A DNA stretch of 64,000 nucleotides from Octopus sinensis (Eukaryota), in assembly GCF_006345805.1 (NCBI RefSeq), contig NC_043003.1, positions 49,042,001 through 49,106,000 of the forward strand. Direction: 5' to 3'. Position 1 is the stretch's first letter; each line of letters starts with the position of its first letter. The notes under the pieces were generated by a model. The model saw nothing but the letters and a program-made list of their open reading frames with translations. It ran no database searches and was not told the DNA's origin. Shown here piece by piece: positions 63,775 through 64,000 of the stretch. The translations under genes were made by a program, and so were the position numbers.

Positions 63775-64000
63775 GTGAGTATACTCGCCACCTCATATCT
63801 TGTGTTTCCATGCAAGAAGGAAGTCAATGGGTAAATGCAAATGCATTAAATGTGATTCAGTGTCGAGAGGATGTAGTTTGCTTATTCAGAGAAGAGGTAG
63901 TTTTAGTGTCACTAAATACGGTAGAAAAATGTTTAACCCGCCCGTTCGCAGTTTTAGAGTGATCTAAATTAAACCCTCTCATCAACATTCCATGCTAATG

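Noticed and set aside
63545-63811. Minus-strand 88-aa ORF with an apparent polypyrimidine acceptor at 63673
   Set aside because: It is the antisense of the purine-rich plus-strand exon 63640-63774, which has both splice sites and a clean frame.

Overview
AT-rich metazoan DNA saturated with microsatellites ((TA)n, (CA)n, (TATC)n, (TATG)n, (AAT)n, (GA)n, GGT/GAT triplets) and interspersed repeats. The repeat landscape suggests a cephalopod (octopus-like) intron or intergenic region; this is inferred, not verifiable here. Most ORFs in the track are microsatellite artefacts. Real coding relics are all from mobile elements: two near-identical Tx1/L1-clade LINE copies in (TATC)n tracts (31.6-36.6 kb, 51.8-53.8 kb), two R4/Dong-type REL-endonuclease LINEs in (TAA)n (20.3-25.8 kb), two further REL fragments (54-56 kb), a Penelope-like GIY-YIG end (59 kb), mariner/Tc1 and hAT transposase relics and a Helentron-type HINE. 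About 30 tRNA-derived SINE copies fall into at least four families. Only one convincing host exon (63640-63774, +) and a few weaker candidates were found. Two unexplained signals stand out. (1) At least eight type I hammerhead ribozyme folds lie in short Penelope-like, mostly TA-flanked elements, including a ~335 bp near-perfect palindrome with one hammerhead on each arm and a Penelope terminal repeat combining a tRNA-like Pol III box pair with an intact hammerhead. (2) One SINE shares its 3' tail with the resident Tx1 LINE and forms single-head multimers whose junctions re-enter the SINE head at two fixed positions. Across the window, each microsatellite class appears to be the landing pad of a different retroelement family.
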